Under the pieces are notes generated by a model that did not search any database, had not been told where the DNA came from, and was given only the letters and a program-made list of their open reading frames with translations. Below, piece after piece: positions 9,386 through 18,659 of a stretch of 64,000 nucleotides of DNA. This stretch comes from Armatimonadota bacterium (GTDB taxonomy: Bacteria > Armatimonadota > HRBIN16): contig OY781964.1 of NCBI GenBank assembly GCA_963677485.1, positions 4,864,001-4,928,000 of the forward strand. Direction: 5' to 3'. The first letter of the stretch is position 1. Every line of letters starts with the position of its first letter. The position numbers and the translations under genes were made by a program.

Positions 9386-10165
9386 CTAGTTGGCGACGAT
9401 GATCTTGGTGAGCTCCTCGATGCTGGTTTCGTCGCGGCGCATCTCGCCGATGTTCCGGCCATGGCTGAGAATGACGAACCGATCGCAGGTCTGGTAGCCG
9501 TGGTACATGTTGTGGGTGACCAGCACGCTGGATATCCCCTCAGTCTTCAACTGCAGGATGTATTCCAGCGTCTTCTCGGTCTCTCGCACAGACAGCGCGC
9601 TGGTGGGCTCATCCAGCAGCAGTATCTTGTTCTTGAAGTGCACGGCCCGGGCCAACGCAACCGCCTGCTTTTGACCGCCTGAAAGGCCCTTCACGATCTG
9701 ACTGGGGGAGGTGATACCGGAGATGCCGACCGTGTGCTCCAGAACCTGCATCGCCTTCTCCCTCATGCTCTTGATCTTCATGAATCCCAGAAATCCCGTC
9801 TCCTCGCGACCCAGGAATATGTTGCGCATGATGTCCATCTGGTCGACCAGTGCGATGTCTTGGTAGATGGTCTCGATGCCAATCTGGTAGGAGTCCCGGC
9901 GTGAGCGGATCCGCACCTCTTTACCCTCGTGCAGGAACTTGCCCTCGGTGGGCTCCACCACGCCGGAGAGTATCTTGATGAGCGTGGACTTCCCTGCACC
10001 ATTGTCTCCAAGCAACCCGACCACTTCGCCTTCAGCGATGTGGAAGTCGATATTCTCCAGCGCCGTAACCGCACCGTAACGCTTGGTTAACCCCTTCAGC
10101 TCCACAAGCGGGGTCTTGCTGCCCTTGGCATCCTGCGCTTGAGATGCGCCTTGCTTATTTTCCAT
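9386..10165 (-). CDS. Monosaccharide ABC transporter ATP-binding protein (single domain, CUT2)
   Basis: GDNGAGKST, LSGGQKQ, LLLDEPT; start taken as MENKQ at 10165. Confidence 0.92.
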   Translation of the reverse strand: MENKQGASQAQDAKGSKTPLVELKGLTKRYGAVTALENIDFHIAEGEVVGLLGDNGAGKSTLIKILSGVVEPTEGKFLHEGKEVRIRSRRDSYQIGIETIYQDIALVDQMDIMRNIFLGREETGFLGFMKIKSMREKAMQVLEHTVGISGITSPSQIVKGLSGGQKQAVALARAVHFKNKILLLDEPTSALSVRETEKTLEYILQLKTEGISSVLVTHNMYHGYQTCDRFVILSHGRNIGEMRRDETSIEELTKIIVAN

Positions 10166-10169
10166 CTCG

Positions 10170-11144
10170 CTAACCCCTATCCTTCTTGGAGGACCTGTTA
10201 AAAATGACCGCGACAATGATGAGGATGCCCATGAACAGGTCCAGATAGGTTCCTGGAGCCCGCAGGAGCAGTAGCACATCCTGGATGGTGTAGAGAAGCG
10301 CGGCTCCCAAGAATATCCCCAGGATGCTGCCCTCCCCGCCCAGCAGGCTGACGCCGCCAATGACACACGCTGCGATGGCTTGCAGTTCCAGTCCCTTGCC
10401 TTGGTCTGGAGAGACGGAATAGACACGCGCGGTGCTGATCACACCTGCGAAGGCGGCCAGCAGACCCACGATGACAAAGCAGATCATCTTCACGGCATCT
10501 GGATACACGCCGATCGCTTTAGCGGATTCTTTGTTGCCGCCCACACCGAAGATGTGGTTGCCGATCTTGTGACGTTCGAGCAGCAGATAACCCAGCACGG
10601 CAATCAAAATCGCCCAGAGCATTTGGGCCTGCATGGGTCCCATTGAGCCCGCGAAAATCGCCTCAAACGACCCGCCAGGGTTCATAGAGGCCGACTCGTT
10701 GCCCGAGAGTATCTGCAGCATCCCCCGCCAAAACATCATCGCTCCGAGCGTCGCGATGAAGGACGGAATCTTTGTTTTGAGCGTAATCACACCGTTAATG
10801 AAGCCGATGAACGCACCCACCGCCAGCGCGATCAACATCGCCGGCCACACCGATAGCCCACAGGCGTAGGCGAATGCCATGATATAGGCCGTAAATGCGA
10901 AGTTGCTGCCCACAGACAAATCAAACTCGCCTGCGATCATCAGTATCCCCACGCCCACCGAAAGGATTGCCAGCGGGGGGATACTCTTAAGCTGAGTCTG
11001 GATATTGGTCAAGCTGGTGTATGCAAACCGGTCGCCGAAGATCAGCGAGGCGATGATGCACACAGCCTGAACCACCAGAAACACGATCAGGATGTTACCG
11101 GTCTTGCCAGTAAACAGCCGGTGCAAGGCAGACTTCATATTCAC
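10170..11144 (-). CDS. Monosaccharide ABC transporter permease (RbsC-like)
   Basis: Polytopic; GEFDLSVGS, IPSFIATLG, ELQAIAACVIGGVSLLGG. Confidence 0.93.
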   Translation of the reverse strand: MNMKSALHRLFTGKTGNILIVFLVVQAVCIIASLIFGDRFAYTSLTNIQTQLKSIPPLAILSVGVGILMIAGEFDLSVGSNFAFTAYIMAFAYACGLSVWPAMLIALAVGAFIGFINGVITLKTKIPSFIATLGAMMFWRGMLQILSGNESASMNPGGSFEAIFAGSMGPMQAQMLWAILIAVLGYLLLERHKIGNHIFGVGGNKESAKAIGVYPDAVKMICFVIVGLLAAFAGVISTARVYSVSPDQGKGLELQAIAACVIGGVSLLGGEGSILGIFLGAALLYTIQDVLLLLRAPGTYLDLFMGILIIVAVIFNRSSKKDRG

Positions 11145-11149
11145 TGCGC

Positions 11150-12160
11150 CTATCGCACGCTGTCCGCGAGTTCCATCACCCGCTGCACGTTACTCTTGTC
11201 GACCATCGCGCCACCGGTGTTAATGTCGCATGGCAGGAGCCCGTATTTACGGCAGTAATAGAGCTGAGTGACCGTAAGATAGCCCTGGTAAAAAGGCTGC
11301 TGGTCAACGGTAGCGATGGACTTGCCGTCTTTGATGTTCTGGGCGATACGACGGGTGATGTCAAATCCCGCATTCGGGATATTTAACCCGACATCTTTGA
11401 TAGCCTGAGGGGCCATCTCCATCGGCATTCCGCCCATCGCCATGACCGCTGCGGTTTCTTTACGCCCCAGAAGATACTGTGTCAGCTTGGTCAGCGTGTC
11501 TTCAAGCGAAATCCCGCCGGTGTTGAGCACTTCGGACTTCACGCCAACCTCATCGAGTGCCTTCTTTACGCCGTTATAGCGCTGCTTGGCGTAGATGGCT
11601 TCGGGATGCTCCACAGGGCACACCACCATGTCGCCGGCTTTCAGCTTGCCATCGGTGATCAGCCGCTTAGTGATAAGGTAGCCTGCGGTGGTCATGTCCT
11701 GGCCGATGTAAGCGTAGCGCGCGTTGCCGGCCTTCCCCTTGGAGTCGTCGATGTTAAACGCGATCACCGGAATGCCAGCATCGATCGCCTTCTTTACCGA
11801 CTGATCATATGCATCATCGAGATTAATGACCACACCCAAGCCGTCCACTTTGTTAGAGACAGCAGTCTCAATGATGTCATTCTCGCGAGCGGAGTCATTG
11901 TTGGCGAACTGAATATCTACGCTGCTGCCAAGCTGTGCCGCTGCCTCATTAGCGCCGGCCACCACTTTGGTAAAGAATGGGTTTCCGGCTGTGCCGAAGA
12001 TCACCATCGTGAACTTGTAGCCAGAGGCTTTGGACGCGCTCGGTGCTCCAGTTTGGGTGCCTGTTCCGATCCCACCAGCTCTTTCGCGGGCGTGTCGGTC
12101 ACACCCGCTGGCACAACAGGTGGCGATGATCAATGCAGCAACTAACAGTCGGTTCTTCAT
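11150..12160 (-). CDS. Sugar ABC transporter substrate-binding lipoprotein (RbsB-like)
   Basis: Lipobox-like ASGC; NPFF, AIDAGIPVI, YIGQD, GFD, TVDQQPFYQGY. Confidence 0.9.
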   Translation of the reverse strand: MKNRLLVAALIIATCCASGCDRHARERAGGIGTGTQTGAPSASKASGYKFTMVIFGTAGNPFFTKVVAGANEAAAQLGSSVDIQFANNDSARENDIIETAVSNKVDGLGVVINLDDAYDQSVKKAIDAGIPVIAFNIDDSKGKAGNARYAYIGQDMTTAGYLITKRLITDGKLKAGDMVVCPVEHPEAIYAKQRYNGVKKALDEVGVKSEVLNTGGISLEDTLTKLTQYLLGRKETAAVMAMGGMPMEMAPQAIKDVGLNIPNAGFDITRRIAQNIKDGKSIATVDQQPFYQGYLTVTQLYYCRKYGLLPCDINTGGAMVDKSNVQRVMELADSVR

Positions 12161-12177
12161 TTTGATGCGTCTCCCAA

Positions 12178-13413
12178 TCACTTTCCGTATTTGTCGATGA
12201 GCTGGTTCAGTCGGGTGCGATAGTACAGGAAGTCTTCCCACTTCACATCTGGCGGGATAAAGTGGTCGCCGAAGGGCACATATCCGCCCGTCTTCAGCAC
12301 CTTCTCCACTGGCTCCAGGATCGTATCGATGGCCTGCTTACCCTTGGCGATTTCAGATTTCGGAATTCCGCCGAAAATCTGAAGCTCAGGGTATTGTTCA
12401 CGAACCTTCACGATGTCCATCCCGCAATGAGCTTCAAAGGGATACATACCGGTCACGCCAGCTTCAATATAGAGCGGGATCAAAGAGTTGCAGTCCCCGT
12501 CCGTGTCCAGCAGTATGATCTTCACACCGCGGCCCTTGAGGAATTCGGTAATGCGCTTGTAATACGGCAGCATGAACTCGCGCACCATTTTCGGTGAGAC
12601 CATGGGGCCTTTCCCAAAAGAGATATCTTCCCAGAAGTGGATGTGGTCTACGTCTACTTCAGCTAATACCTCTTCGAACACGGCCAGCCAAAGCTCGGTG
12701 AATGTGCTTTGGATGTCGTGAATCAGCTCGGGATCATCAAAATAGGTGTTGAAGAGTTTCTCGTAGCCCATCACGTGGCTGGGAGTACCGAACAGTCCAA
12801 ATGGGTAGCCACCTAAGGCCAGTGGATAGTCGCGGTTGTTATATTGCTTCACCAGATCCGCCCAGTTCGCAGGGAACCGGTCTTTGAGATTCCTCAGGTT
12901 CAATCGTTCGGATTTAATCTTTTCCCACGAATCTCGATCGTAAATCGGCCAATCCATGCCGGCAGGGATGGTGGCCTGCTGCTTAAGGAACTTACGAGTC
13001 ACTCCATCGATATCTGTGTAAGTGAGGGAGCTCTCATCCTCTGCGTCGACCCGGGGCTCGAACATGGGACAGAACAACAGATTAACATCCACCATCTGCT
13101 GGGTCTGATCCATTTTAAAGTAATCGCGCACATCGGTATCCAGCGGAAAGCCCTGCGTGGGCCAGTAAAGCCCCCCACCCATCACGCCGATGCCGTTTGG
13201 CAGCACGGTCTTGCTCTGGCAAGTCCAAGCTGGAATATACAGTGATGAGGTGGGTGTTGAGACTGTCTGCGGAAGAGCAGGATAGTTATGACACGGGAGG
13301 CCAGCCTCGTAGAAGTTTTTGATTGTTTCGCCCCAATAACCAAACTCCCACTTCACCGTGCGGACGCCAGTGTTAAAACTCATGACCTCTATGAAACGTT
13401 CCCTAGTATTCAT
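12178..13413 (-). CDS. Uroporphyrinogen decarboxylase / MtaA-CmuA-like TIM-barrel protein
   Basis: MNTRERF start, FWEDISFGKGPMVSP, LLDTDGD, FGGIPK, GGYVPFGDHFIPPDV. Confidence 0.8.
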   Translation of the reverse strand: MNTRERFIEVMSFNTGVRTVKWEFGYWGETIKNFYEAGLPCHNYPALPQTVSTPTSSLYIPAWTCQSKTVLPNGIGVMGGGLYWPTQGFPLDTDVRDYFKMDQTQQMVDVNLLFCPMFEPRVDAEDESSLTYTDIDGVTRKFLKQQATIPAGMDWPIYDRDSWEKIKSERLNLRNLKDRFPANWADLVKQYNNRDYPLALGGYPFGLFGTPSHVMGYEKLFNTYFDDPELIHDIQSTFTELWLAVFEEVLAEVDVDHIHFWEDISFGKGPMVSPKMVREFMLPYYKRITEFLKGRGVKIILLDTDGDCNSLIPLYIEAGVTGMYPFEAHCGMDIVKVREQYPELQIFGGIPKSEIAKGKQAIDTILEPVEKVLKTGGYVPFGDHFIPPDVKWEDFLYYRTRLNQLIDKYGK

Positions 13414-13494
13414 TTCAGAGTCTCCGTAACTGCATAGATGCTCAATGTTACCCCAACTCCCCGCGATTGTCAAGCAGTCGTTTTCGCACAACTC

Positions 13495-15573
13495 TCATGG
13501 ATGAGCCACGATAGAGGCATCTGATCCCTTGCCGAGCTTAAGCGTCAATCGGCCTGGCAGTTTGAAGTTAACTTTCAGTATCTGTGTGGCCGGGTTGTAT
13601 TCCGCTTCACCGCCCTCGCAGCTCTCGAAGCTATCTGTGAACGCCACCAGCTCCGCATCACCTTTTAGCGATGGGTGGAAAGTAAGATCGAAACTTCGGT
13701 CGGAATAGAACACAGGAGCGGGAGCCATGTTTTTTGCGCTCTTGATCAAGTCGAGTGTGAACAGATGACGTCGAGACTTGATGTCCCTACCGCAGTAAAG
13801 AAGGTTGGCTTTATATTCATCATCGGCGTTGCACCATCTTTGAATCCCGCAGCGATCCGCCACGGCACGTAGCTCCGGCATCATTGTATCTACAAACCGT
13901 ACCCCCTTCGAATCTTTGATCTCTGTATCCGCAGGTGTCAGGTATAGGATGACACGGCCTTTGCCCATTGTCTCTTCAATCTTGTCAACCGCACCGCGCT
14001 TCGCTGCTTCGAGTTTAGCTACAGGAACCATGCCAGCAAAACCCGGTGTAGGCGTGAGGGACCGATCTGCCTCGACCGTATATGCCAGACAGCCTTCGCC
14101 AAAGCCCAGTAACGTACCACCAGCTTTGACCCATAGTTGTATGGCCTTAACCGCCTTGCGGGAGGTGACTGTCACAGAGGAGTTCGCAATGACCAGCAGC
14201 TTCCGGCCTTTCAGACCGCCGTCCTCCACCATAGCGTCGTCCACCACATCGGGTGATCCCAGCGCGCGGCCCCAGGACGGGTAGCCGCTTTCGGTGGTCC
14301 AGAGCGTGTTCGTGGTGTCATACAGATTAACCGAATCGCCGTTAGCATGATTCGGCCGGTACCAGGAGGTCATATAGGAATGGAACATCGCCACATCGCT
14401 CTTGCGGCCTTTGGTCTGGTAGCGCAAAACCAGGGGTGCCAGATTCGTCCAGGTCTGAGAGAACCAGTGCTTCTCGTCGAACAACTCGCCAAGGTGGGCC
14501 AAATGAATGTAGTCGGCACCGGTTGCAAACGCATTCAACACGTCGACATACTGGTGAAACAGGGTCAGGAACGGCGGGCCGATATGCTCCTGCATACGCT
14601 TGACATCATATTGCATACAGGCAGATTGGGCGTAACGCATCGCGAACAGGGTTTCACCATCGGTTCCGTTGAAGAACGCAGGCTTAACTTTACCCAGCAT
14701 CCGTATCACCGGCCCGTAGTTGCCCAATGCCTGCCCCTGGTTGAAGCCGACGCCTGGTCCACCGATCATCGCACCGATCGGCTTGTCTGTCTCCGCTCGG
14801 ACGGTCTCCAGACTGCGTCGTGTGACCTCGTCAAGCCACCAGTTATACCAATGTATGAAATCCGACCATTCCTGGCGCCCATCTATTCCACTCGTCCCGG
14901 CTACAGGTCCTTCCTGTGGCATGATCTCATCCCATGAAATAACAGGCCTGCCCCACGCTTTGGAGAGCGCGGCCAAGTCATCGTGATAGGTGCGTGCCAG
15001 CCAATGCCGGTAGTTGACCTTGGCAGCACGTCCAAAGACGGCATACCCCCCAGCCGTAGACGCAGGGTAATGGACCTCGCCATACATGCTGATGGGTGAC
15101 GAAACCAGAACGGACGTGATCCATGGACTGTTGACGACCGGCCGGACTTTCTTCCGAAGATACTCCGCGAAGCGGTCAGGTACGGTCTCATGGAACACGG
15201 CACTCTCAATGCCCTCGCCGGTTCGGTTGCCTTTGGAGTCCTGGTCCATGTCTTCGGCAGTTAATCCTAGACCGGCTATCAGTTCGGCACCCGATGGCCG
15301 GTTGGGGCAGAGCACCGTCACCATACCCGCTCTAAACAGGTTCTCGCCGACCACCGGATCCAGGTCGTATGACGATGTGAAACCCACGCCGAGTTTGAGC
15401 AGTTTCGCGAGCTGCTCCTGGTCTTTGCCTGGCCATATCCAGTTGCCGAGTCTGGGCATCTCCGGTGTCTTTGGTTTGGGTGTTGCCGCATACGCCATTC
15501 CTGACGATGCAAGCAGAATGCAGATTGCCATGATGATAATGACTGCGTGCAAAGACCGATCCCCCAAGCTCAT
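13495..15573 (-). CDS. Secreted GH42/beta-galactosidase-like hydrolase
   Basis: Signal peptide behind AGGAG; GH42-like YRHWLARTYHDDLAALSKAWG...SWDEI.P and WSDF; trimerization-domain-like LLVIANS...WVKAGGTLL. Confidence 0.6.
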   Translation of the reverse strand: MSLGDRSLHAVIIIMAICILLASSGMAYAATPKPKTPEMPRLGNWIWPGKDQEQLAKLLKLGVGFTSSYDLDPVVGENLFRAGMVTVLCPNRPSGAELIAGLGLTAEDMDQDSKGNRTGEGIESAVFHETVPDRFAEYLRKKVRPVVNSPWITSVLVSSPISMYGEVHYPASTAGGYAVFGRAAKVNYRHWLARTYHDDLAALSKAWGRPVISWDEIMPQEGPVAGTSGIDGRQEWSDFIHWYNWWLDEVTRRSLETVRAETDKPIGAMIGGPGVGFNQGQALGNYGPVIRMLGKVKPAFFNGTDGETLFAMRYAQSACMQYDVKRMQEHIGPPFLTLFHQYVDVLNAFATGADYIHLAHLGELFDEKHWFSQTWTNLAPLVLRYQTKGRKSDVAMFHSYMTSWYRPNHANGDSVNLYDTTNTLWTTESGYPSWGRALGSPDVVDDAMVEDGGLKGRKLLVIANSSVTVTSRKAVKAIQLWVKAGGTLLGFGEGCLAYTVEADRSLTPTPGFAGMVPVAKLEAAKRGAVDKIEETMGKGRVILYLTPADTEIKDSKGVRFVDTMMPELRAVADRCGIQRWCNADDEYKANLLYCGRDIKSRRHLFTLDLIKSAKNMAPAPVFYSDRSFDLTFHPSLKGDAELVAFTDSFESCEGGEAEYNPATQILKVNFKLPGRLTLKLGKGSDASIVAHP

Positions 15574-15689
15574 TGTGGTGTCTCCTGAAGTGTGCTGATG
15601 ATCAATGCTACAAAAACCCATGACGTTTGTCAACGCACATTGGTACAAAAGCACGATATGCAGTGTGACTACTCCATATAAGAATGCTG

Positions 15690-15707
15690 CTATTAACTTG
15701 TTAACAA
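15690..15707. promoter_or_regulatory. Possible Rex-type operator upstream of the sugar operon
   Basis: CTATTAA-CTTG-TTAACAA, two mismatches from the palindrome TTGTTAA-N4-TTAACAA. Confidence 0.35.
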
Positions 15708-16121
15708 TACGAACGGGGATGTCGTCCCTACGGACAAGCTTACGTTCGGTCATATACCCTTCGCGCCTTCGCGTCTTCGCGTGACAATGAATCATTTGTG
15801 TCGATGCGTGGTTACCGGCCTTATACCCAATCCGGTCATGACTGTTCTGCGTCATCTGTGGATGAAAACCTCACCTCGCGTATTAATAGCCCCACTGAAA
15901 CCTCTCCATATACCCGTTATGTTAAAATGGAACTACTATGGCACGGATAAAACAAACCCCATCACAAGAAGACCGCAAGCGCACCCGCTACGGGTGGAAA
16001 CTTTTCGTCGTGATTCTGCTCTTCATCGGCATCTGGTGGGCTGCATGGGGCCAGTTCCAAGGCAAATCGGTGCCAGCCATACAATACCACTACACGGACC
16101 AGGAGCATACGAAGTAATAAT

Positions 16122-17192
16122 ATGAATGTCGGCATTATCGGGCTAGCGCAGTCTGGCAAAACTACCCTTTTCCAGGCTCTACTCAGGGGTGCACCATCGG
16201 GCAATATGCCGGGTGTTCCTGGAGCTATCCAAGGTGCCGTCATCGTTCCTGATCCCAGGTTTGATTTCATGGTGGATGTCTACCATCCCAAAAAGATATC
16301 GCCAGCATCCGTGCAGTTTGTAGACGGAGCCGCTCGCATCAGCACGGAAAGCCGAGGCAGCGGGTTTGGTTCCGACTTCTTCAGCGGCATCCGCCAGACC
16401 GATGCCCTTCTTCACGTCATTGATGCCTTTAGCGGCACCATCGATGCGGTAACAGCTGCCCGAAAAGTGGACGAAGAACTTCTTCTTGCTGACCTGACCT
16501 TGATTGAAACTCGCCTGGAACGGCTGGAAAAGTCACTCAAGATTCGAAAGAACAATCCGGTAGATCAGGCGGAATGCGATGCGCTCACCGCGTTCAAGCA
16601 GATTTTGGAGCAGGAGATACCGCTTCGCAACGCCGAGATCGACCCTGAACACGACAAGATCACTAAGGGCTTCACTTTCCTGACTCTCAAACCCATGATC
16701 GTAGTTGCCAATGTGGATGAAGAGCATGTCACCCAAAGCAACGAACAACTTGATGCACTCAAAGCTTACTGCACCGAACGAAACCAGGAGCTTCTATGCC
16801 TCTGTGCCTCCCTTGAGCACGACATTTCCGAGGTGGCCCCTGAGGAAGAGCAAGACTACCTCGCTGCAATGGGCTTGGTAGAACCAGCTCGTGCCTTGCT
16901 GATCCGCGCAGCGTATAAGGCATTAGGATATATGACCTTCTTCACCTGCGGCGAAAGCGAGGTCCACGCCTGGACCATCCGCCGAGACAGCACCGCGGTG
17001 GAGTGCGCCGGACGCATCCATAGCGACCTAGCCCGCGGGTTCATCAGGCTGGAGGTCGTCACCTTTGACAGGCTCAAGGAGCTTGGAAGCTGGGAGCTCG
17101 CGAAATCTGCCAGTGCCATACGTCTTGAAGTGAAAGACTATGTCGTTCAGGATGGCGACGTCGTCTATGTGCGGTTCAAGGTCTCGAACTAG
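16122..17192 (+). CDS. ychF: YchF/OLA1-family P-loop NTPase (divergent copy)
   Basis: GIIGLAQSGKTT, VPDPR, ELLLADL, FLTLKP, TFFTCGESEVHAWTI, AGRIHSDLARGFIR, DYVVQDGDVV. Confidence 0.85.
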   Translation: MNVGIIGLAQSGKTTLFQALLRGAPSGNMPGVPGAIQGAVIVPDPRFDFMVDVYHPKKISPASVQFVDGAARISTESRGSGFGSDFFSGIRQTDALLHVIDAFSGTIDAVTAARKVDEELLLADLTLIETRLERLEKSLKIRKNNPVDQAECDALTAFKQILEQEIPLRNAEIDPEHDKITKGFTFLTLKPMIVVANVDEEHVTQSNEQLDALKAYCTERNQELLCLCASLEHDISEVAPEEEQDYLAAMGLVEPARALLIRAAYKALGYMTFFTCGESEVHAWTIRRDSTAVECAGRIHSDLARGFIRLEVVTFDRLKELGSWELAKSASAIRLEVKDYVVQDGDVVYVRFKVSN

Positions 17193-17210
17193 TTAACAAC
17201 TCTTGTAGTG

Positions 17211-17231
17211 AGCCCGCATTCGCTGCGGGCT
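17211..17231 (+). terminator. Hairpin/terminator after ychF
   Basis: AGCCCGCA-TTCGC-TGCGGGCT; weak U-tract. Confidence 0.45.
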
Positions 17232-17373
17232 TAACCCCCTTTGTAATAGTCGGCTTGAATTTATACCGGCCCTCATGTACCCTTAATTGATGCAGCTCTG
17301 TTTCTTTGAGACGGCAACCAGAAAACCCCTCACAGGCTGCCTGGCCAACACACAATGGAGGATATCAACCATA

Positions 17374-18576
17374 ATGCACTCTCGTAGAATAAATGGGACT
17401 CTCGCATTGCTATTCTTGGTTCAAGGAACCTTGTCGGCGGCCGATTGGCCTCAGTTTAGAGGGCCAAATGCAGACGGGATTTCTGTCGAAAAAGGCATCA
17501 ACAAAACATGGAACCAAAAACCGCCGGTGCAGTTATGGAAGACGGCTATGAGCGATGAAGGGTTTGCGGGCGTATCGGTTGTTAAAGGCGTCGCATATGT
17601 CATCGACCACGCACCTGGGCAGGATGTGGTAAGGGCAATCAATGTGACGACGGGCAAGGATGTCTGGTCCTACCCATATGCCGATACTCAAAAATCCAAC
17701 TTCGGGTATTCCAGAGCCACACCCACCGTCAACGCAAACCGTGTGTATGTACTGGGACGAATGGGCCTGCTGACATGTCTGGACATCAAAAACGGCAAGC
17801 CAATTTGGTCACGCAATATCATGACAGATTTCAACGGCAAGAAGCCAAACTGGAACTATGCCATGTCACCCGTGGTTGATGGGAATAAACTGATCGTTCT
17901 TCCTGGTGGACCAGGTTCTCTCGTGGCAGCACTAGACAAAACAACAGGTAAGACCATATGGCAAGGTGGCGGCACACGTGAGCCAGGTTATGCCACGCCC
18001 ATCATAGCGACCTTCAACGGTAAAAAGCAGTATTTAGTGTTCGCAGCTACTGAGATTGTCGGGGTTGATGCCAGCAATGGTGCAGAGCTATGGGCTCTCC
18101 CATGGGGAAAGCCTTCCGCACACATCCCTGACTTTGTGTTGATCGGTAACTCCTTCTATGTAACCAACAGCTATGGCGAAGGCTGCGCATTGGTAGATGT
18201 CACCGCATCTGGTGCTAAATATCGATGGACAAACAAAGAGATGCAATCGCATATGGCGACACCCATTCTTGTGGGCGGCCTACTGTATGGCACCACCGAT
18301 CCAGGTGACCTGATCTGCATTGACCCGCAGACCGGTGTCACAAAGTGGCGACAAAACGGCTTCGAAAAAGGGCCGCAGATGATGGTGGACGGCGTGCTGC
18401 TGGTATTCAACGGCCACAATGGTGACCTGGTGATGGTCGATCCCAAACCCGATGCCTACCACGAACTCGGTCGGTTCAAGCCACTCGGCGGGCAAAGCTG
18501 GACAATGCCAGTTGTGTCTGACGGTAAGCTGTTTGTACGAAACACCACCGCTCTGGCGTGTTTTAAGCTGAAGTAG
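17374..18576 (+). CDS. Secreted PQQ-like (BamB-like) beta-propeller protein 1
   Basis: Signal peptide, DWPQFRGP, repeated Trp-docking blades (TGKDVW, NGKPIW, TGKTIW, NGAELW, TGVTKW). Confidence 0.85.
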   Translation: MHSRRINGTLALLFLVQGTLSAADWPQFRGPNADGISVEKGINKTWNQKPPVQLWKTAMSDEGFAGVSVVKGVAYVIDHAPGQDVVRAINVTTGKDVWSYPYADTQKSNFGYSRATPTVNANRVYVLGRMGLLTCLDIKNGKPIWSRNIMTDFNGKKPNWNYAMSPVVDGNKLIVLPGGPGSLVAALDKTTGKTIWQGGGTREPGYATPIIATFNGKKQYLVFAATEIVGVDASNGAELWALPWGKPSAHIPDFVLIGNSFYVTNSYGEGCALVDVTASGAKYRWTNKEMQSHMATPILVGGLLYGTTDPGDLICIDPQTGVTKWRQNGFEKGPQMMVDGVLLVFNGHNGDLVMVDPKPDAYHELGRFKPLGGQSWTMPVVSDGKLFVRNTTALACFKLK

Positions 18577-18594
18577 TTCGACTTAAGCTACAGT

Positions 18595-18628
18595 CTGCCC
18601 TGATCGTCTGTTCATGAGATCAGGGCAG
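18595..18628. other. Perfect 11-bp intergenic stem-loop between the tandem propeller genes
   Basis: CTGCCCTGATC ... GATCAGGGCAG. Confidence 0.55.
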
Positions 18629-18659
18629 TGTGATTCTATTTCGAAAGGTGGATTAGCCA

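Noticed and set aside
12178-13413. hemE
   Set aside because: Lacks the HemE N-terminal RQAGR motif and any tetrapyrrole gene context.
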